Assembly (NCBI GenBank): GCA_963766075.1
Contig: CAVYAN010000111.1
Span: 1 to 24,536, forward strand
Length of the DNA: 24,536 nucleotides
Reading direction: 5' to 3'
Source of the DNA: an uncultured cyanobacterium
GTDB taxonomy: Bacteria; Cyanobacteriota; Cyanobacteriia; Leptolyngbyales; Leptolyngbyaceae
This document shows positions 20,794 to 24,536 of the stretch, piece after piece (the first letter of the stretch is position 1; every line of letters begins with the position of its first letter). The notes below the pieces were generated by a model. It was not told where the DNA came from. It was given only the letters and a program-made list of their open reading frames with translations, and did no database searches. Both the position numbers and the translations under genes were made by a program.

Positions 20794-21729
20794 CTAATTC
20801 TCCGGTTGCCGCAAGGCTTCAATATCAGCGACCGGGAGACCTGTGATAGTGGCGATTGCGGCATTATCCAAAACTGGGAGCAAGCGTTGGGCGATCGCCA
20901 CCTGGGCCTCTTGCCACCCCTCCTGTCGCCCTTGTTGGAGTCCTTGTTGAAGTCCCTGTTGGAGTCCTTGTTGAAGTCCTTGTTGAAGTCCTTGTTGGAG
21001 TCCTTGTTGGAGTCCTTGGCGTGTGGCTCGAGTAATTGCACCCCGCTGGTCTTGAATAAATATCATCTGATGCTCCAACTCGTCCAATTCCTCCGGGCTC
21101 AAGTTCGCTTGATTGGCCATGGCAAAGGCTTGCTGAATCTCCGCTACATCGCCCATCGTCGTCGGCACGACACTCAAATCCCGCGCATGTTGCAGAAAGT
21201 AAATCCATTTCTCGGTTAACGTACTCAACTGTTCTAGTGGTTGCTGAAACTTGGGCAATTCCACAAACACCAGCTCTAAGTCGTCCACCGGATAGTCAAT
21301 TAAATGCTGTTTCTCCTTGAGAATAAATCGGCTAATCACCGGCTCGATCTCGGGGAACATGATGAAATCCGTAATCGTCAGCGCAATCACCGGATTGAGG
21401 AGGGGATAATCCTCTCCTGCTTTTAACTGAATTGAATACGCCTTAGCCGCGTTATAGAGAATGCGTTTTTCAAAGCCTTCGACATGCAATACTTGCATTT
21501 CAATAATCACCGTTTCGCCCGTCACCAACTTGGCCTTGATATCCAGATAGGTATCCTTGACCCCCAGGATTTTGGGTGCCTGATAGGGATTGAGAATATC
21601 TAGATCGGCGATCGCCGGTTGTCCATCATAGAGAATGCCGTTCAAAAAGCTGATCAATATCCCATGGCTCTGCTCAGAGCCAAAGATTTTCTTGAAGGCA
21701 AAGTCGGTCTTGGGGTTGATGAAAATCAT
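20794..21729 (-). CDS. Rpn family recombination-promoting nuclease / putative transposase (PD-(D/E)XK)
   Basis: FINPKTDFAFKKIFG, YLDIKA..IIEMQ, RILYNAAKAY, FVELPKF, EKWIYFL, (QGLQ)n linker and C-terminal IATITGL HTH-like tail. Confidence 0.93.
   Translation of the reverse strand: MIFINPKTDFAFKKIFGSEQSHGILISFLNGILYDGQPAIADLDILNPYQAPKILGVKDTYLDIKAKLVTGETVIIEMQVLHVEGFEKRILYNAAKAYSIQLKAGEDYPLLNPVIALTITDFIMFPEIEPVISRFILKEKQHLIDYPVDDLELVFVELPKFQQPLEQLSTLTEKWIYFLQHARDLSVVPTTMGDVAEIQQAFAMANQANLSPEELDELEHQMIFIQDQRGAITRATRQGLQQGLQQGLQQGLQQGLQQGLQQGLQQGRQEGWQEAQVAIAQRLLPVLDNAAIATITGLPVADIEALRQPEN
20935..21018 (-). repeat. 12-nt coding tandem repeat x7 encoding (QGLQ)7
   Basis: Plus-strand unit TTGRAGTCCTTG repeated seven times within rpn. 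Confidence 0.95.
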
Positions 21730-21827
21730 GGGGAGTGGGGGCGGACTCTGGGTGCGCAGCGATCGCAGCTGATCTCATTGTACCCAGTTCTCATCGGGCC
21801 GGGGCTTCACCCTGTCCACGTCGGCAT

Positions 21828-22101
21828 CCGCCCATTCCCCCTTCATCTGTCTCACGGCCACTAGAAATAGTCTCACGGCCACTGGCAGCGATCGCCCTTC
21901 CCCCCTCATCTGTCTCACGGCCACTAGAAATGGTCTCACGGCCACTGGCAGCGATCGCCCCTTTCCCCCTCGCCTGTCTCACGGCCACTAGAACCGGTCT
22001 CACGGCTACCCAAAACGGTCTCACGGCGACTAGAACCGGTCTCATTGCCAGTAGAAACAATCGCGCCTGCACCCAAAACCCTCTCTCGGCCCAACCGTCT
22101 T
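21828..22101. repeat. 21-nt-period tandem array (13 units; core GTCTCACGGC) with 63-nt higher-order repeat
   Basis: GTCTCA at 21849, 21870, 21912, 21933, 21976, 21997, 22018 and 22039. C-rich units fill the 42/43-nt gaps. Degenerate units at 22060 and 22081. Confidence 0.9.
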
Positions 22102-22234
22102 ATTTCTCCGACACAGTCTCACTTTGCCTTCCTGGGGGTTGACCACCACCCAGAACCGTCTTACCCGTCTCACACGCTTTGGACGGAGTCAATTTCCCCA
22201 CCCCACAGCCCACGGCCCACCCCAAGCCCACAGC

Positions 22235-22265
22235 AAAAAGGAGCATAGCCCAGCTATGCTCCTTT
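22235..22265 (-). terminator. Intrinsic terminator downstream of the 159-aa gene
   Basis: Perfect inverted repeat AAAGGAGCATAGC-CCA-GCTATGCTCCTTT, ending in TTTTT on the minus strand. Confidence 0.8.
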
Positions 22266-22331
22266 ACGGTTCGATTCAATTTCACCTCGGGTTCTAGGGC
22301 GACCATCCCCGGCCCCTTTTAGCCACAGTCC

Positions 22332-22811
22332 CTAGCCCGGAGTGGCAACGGCCACGGCTGCGGCTTTGGCTTTCCGGCCCTTGCGAAAGCGTTGGCTCAT
22401 GGCTTCCACCAACGGCTCCAGGCCATTGCCGGTCTGGCCACTGGTTTTGGCGTAATTGTAGACCGTCAGGGCAGCGGTATAGGCTTCGCTACCCACCACC
22501 ATGCAGGTGTCATCGAGCATATCTTGCAGTTGGGTCAGGCTCAGCAAGAACCCATAGAGATCGTCATACAGTTCCAGATCCTTGCGCATTTCTTCAACCT
22601 CAAACGATCGCGGCAAGAAGGTCGAATTTTGGTTGGCAATTTCCAGAGCTTTGGAAACAAAGGCCCGACTTTTGTCGCCCATTTTGGGCAGGGCGGCGCG
22701 TTCTTCCCGCACCAGATCGACTAGGAAGGGCAAGCGCTGCTTGATGGTGGTGATGGCATTGTGAATGGTTTCGCGATCGTCTGGAGAAAGTTGGGCACTG
22801 ATGGGCGTCAT
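22332..22811 (-). CDS. Uncharacterised alpha-helical protein (159 aa; LPKMGDKS motif)
   Basis: GAGG plus ATG at 22811. Natural-looking amphipathic helical sequence (LPFLVDL..LPKMGDKSRAFVSKAL..FLPRSF..GSEAYTAALTVYNYAK), basic C-terminus, and its own terminator. Confidence 0.85.
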   Translation of the reverse strand: MTPISAQLSPDDRETIHNAITTIKQRLPFLVDLVREERAALPKMGDKSRAFVSKALEIANQNSTFLPRSFEVEEMRKDLELYDDLYGFLLSLTQLQDMLDDTCMVVGSEAYTAALTVYNYAKTSGQTGNGLEPLVEAMSQRFRKGRKAKAAAVAVATPG

Positions 22812-22827
22812 AAACAAGACCTCAAGA

Positions 22828-22868
22828 AGAATAAGTATCTAAACAATTGTTAATGTAATTAAGGATAC
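22828..22868 (-). promoter_or_regulatory. Possible NtcA-type promoter
   Basis: Minus strand GTA-TCCTTAAT-TAC (22868-22855), then 21 nt, then TATTCT (TA-N3-T, 22833-22828). Confidence 0.35.
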
Positions 22869-22905
22869 TTTGGCTACGCAAAGGGGTGTCACCCCCCAGG
22901 GAATC

Positions 22906-22939
22906 AGATCCCCGGCATTTCTAGAAATGCCGGGGATCT
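22906..22939. repeat. Perfect 34-bp palindrome (AGATCCCCG...CGGGGATCT type dispersed cyanobacterial repeat)
   Basis: AGATCCCCGGCATTTCT|AGAAATGCCGGGGATCT is fully self-complementary. Confidence 0.85.
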
Positions 22940-23061
22940 AGATGCACCGTTGAATGACGCATCCACCCGACGGGAGATCCCTGACTGCAACGCATTCCCT
23001 GTGGGAGGATCAGACTATAACTGGGCATGATAGAGCGGCAACAGTCGATGGGGAACTTCGG

Positions 23062-24536
23062 ATGAACGCGATCGCACGGCAACTGGGACTGATCATTGGC
23101 TTGGGCCTTGGCACAGGAGTCGCGACCTTTGGAGGCATCGCTTTTGCCCAAGTCATCCCCGATGGGACTTTACCCACGACTGTGACCAGTCCGAATAATT
23201 TGAATTTTGAGATCGGCGGCGGCAGTCGTAGCGGCAACAATCTGTTTCATAGTTTCAGTCAATTTTCTGTGCCCACGGGTGGCTCTGCGGTCTTCAACAA
23301 CGCCGCCGATATCCAAAACATCTTCAGTCGCGTTACGGGTGGCAGTGTTTCCAATATTGATGGATTAATTCAAGCCAATCGGCACCGCCAATTTATTTCT
23401 CCTCAATCCCAATGGCATTTTGTTTGGACCCAATGCCTCGTTGAATATTGGCGGTTCGTTTATCGGTACAACCGCTAATAGCATCAAGTTTGCCGATGGC
23501 GTCGAGTTTAGTGCGGTCAATGCCAATGGGATCGCCGTTGTTGACAATGAGCGTGCCGATCGGCTTGCAAATGGGTGCCAATGCTGGCCCAATTCAAGTG
23601 CAGGGTCCCACGGCACCAAATGCCTTTTTCCGTCCTCCTACCCTATCTGTTGCACCCACGCAAACGCTAGCATTAGTTGGGGGTCAGATCGATATTAATA
23701 GTGCTAATGTATCTGCCCCCGATGGGCGGATTGAGCTTTGGGCATTACAAAATGGGCAAGTGGCGATCAATGACCAAACGCCCTGGCAACTGACGAGTTC
23801 GGCGGCAACGGCAAACTGGGGAACCATTACCCTCCAGCAGGCTTCGCTCGTTGATGTGAGTGGCCCCAACGGTGGAGCCATTAACATTCGGGGCTGTGGA
23901 CTGACAGTGAAGGAAGGATCGAACATTAGCTCTATTACTTTTGCGGGGCAAGGTAAAGGGATCACGGTTCAAACAACAGAATTTGTAGATCTCCTGGGAG
24001 CTTCTCTGCCAGGACAAATTGGTCCTGGTATTAACACTAACGTGGGTATCCTATTTGGCCCGCCAGGCAGCGGGCGAGCTGGGGATGTGACCGTTGAAAC
24101 TGGTCGTTTACGGCTGGCAGCTGGCGCTTGGCTAGAATCCTCTTCTAACGGAGACAATTCGCGCTCAGGCGATGTGACCGTTCGGGCAACAGAGGTGGAG
24201 GTAGTAGGTGCAAATCCATTTTTTGATGCGCCGACCTCCATTACCACCACGCTCTTTAGTGGCAAGAACAATCAGAGTGGCAAGATTACTGTCGAGGCCA
24301 ATCGCATCCGGGTGTTAGATGGTGGAATTATCAGTTCGGCTCTGGTCGACCTTAGATCCAACCTCTGCGTCCACGGGCAAGGCTGGAGACATCTCAATTC
24401 ACGCCACCGAGAGCCTAGAAATATCGGGATACACACCCGGTAAGACTGTTGTCTGGTGTAAGTACGGGCATTGGACGAACAGAAGGGCAGCGGGAAACAT
24501 CACCATTGATGTGGGGCGTTTGCAACTCTCTAACGG
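23062..24536 (+). CDS. Filamentous haemagglutinin family (two-partner secretion TpsA-like) protein, multiply frameshifted, runs off the window
   Basis: Signal peptide ending AFA-Q. Secretion domain [29 protein letters not shown] / [27 protein letters not shown]. Beta-helix repeats ([32 protein letters not shown]). Shifts near 23380, 23530 and 24355. Confidence 0.9.

Larger units (their letters stand above)
1246..23075. repeat. HIP1 octamer GCGATCGC dispersed throughout
   Basis: About 35 copies by manual count (e.g. 1246, 3072, 7501, 15171, 21888, 23068), far above chance expectation. Confidence 0.95.

Noticed and set aside
20715..21219. Alternative-frame ORFs with KDSN/LLES/TRTP repeats
   Set aside because: By-products of the 12-nt (QGLQ)7 repeat inside rpn.
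21828..22101. Array as a CRISPR
   Set aside because: Period is only 21 nt, the variable parts are ~11 nt and related to each other, and there are no cas genes in the window.
21828..22811. Canonical type III toxin-antitoxin (repeats-terminator-toxin) for the 159-aa gene
   Set aside because: The gene is on the minus strand, so the array lies downstream of it and its terminator rather than upstream. The protein shows no resemblance I can recognise to ToxN/CptN/TenpN.

Overview
Cyanobacterial chromosomal window (about 35 copies of the HIP1 octamer GCGATCGC by manual count, plus typical cyanobacterial genes). Positions ~2.4-17.1 kb are mostly core genes: DUF4149 protein, grxD, bolA, a secreted helical protein, an S8 protease, plsC, tadA, grxC, glpX, hemA, menB, a Cys-rich small protein, DUF721/DciA, a SPOR-like membrane protein and a PspA/IM30 paralog. 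The left edge holds a multi-PAS sensor gene that stops inside a PAS domain at a small inverted repeat. From ~17.2 kb the region looks accessory: a palindromic repeat cluster truncating a HisKA_2 H-box ORF, a REC-HisKA-HATPase hybrid, an osmoprotectant-type ABC ATPase and permease, and a filamentous-haemagglutinin-family gene running off the window. The most unusual segment is 20.66-22.94 kb (minus strand). It reads: 159-aa uncharacterised helical protein, terminator, G-rich tract, 13-unit 21-nt-period array, Rpn (PD-(D/E)XK) nuclease gene, inverted copies of the array motif. A ~45-nt direct repeat occurs on both sides of the array+rpn block. Four genes carry single-base frameshifts, which are probably sequencing errors.
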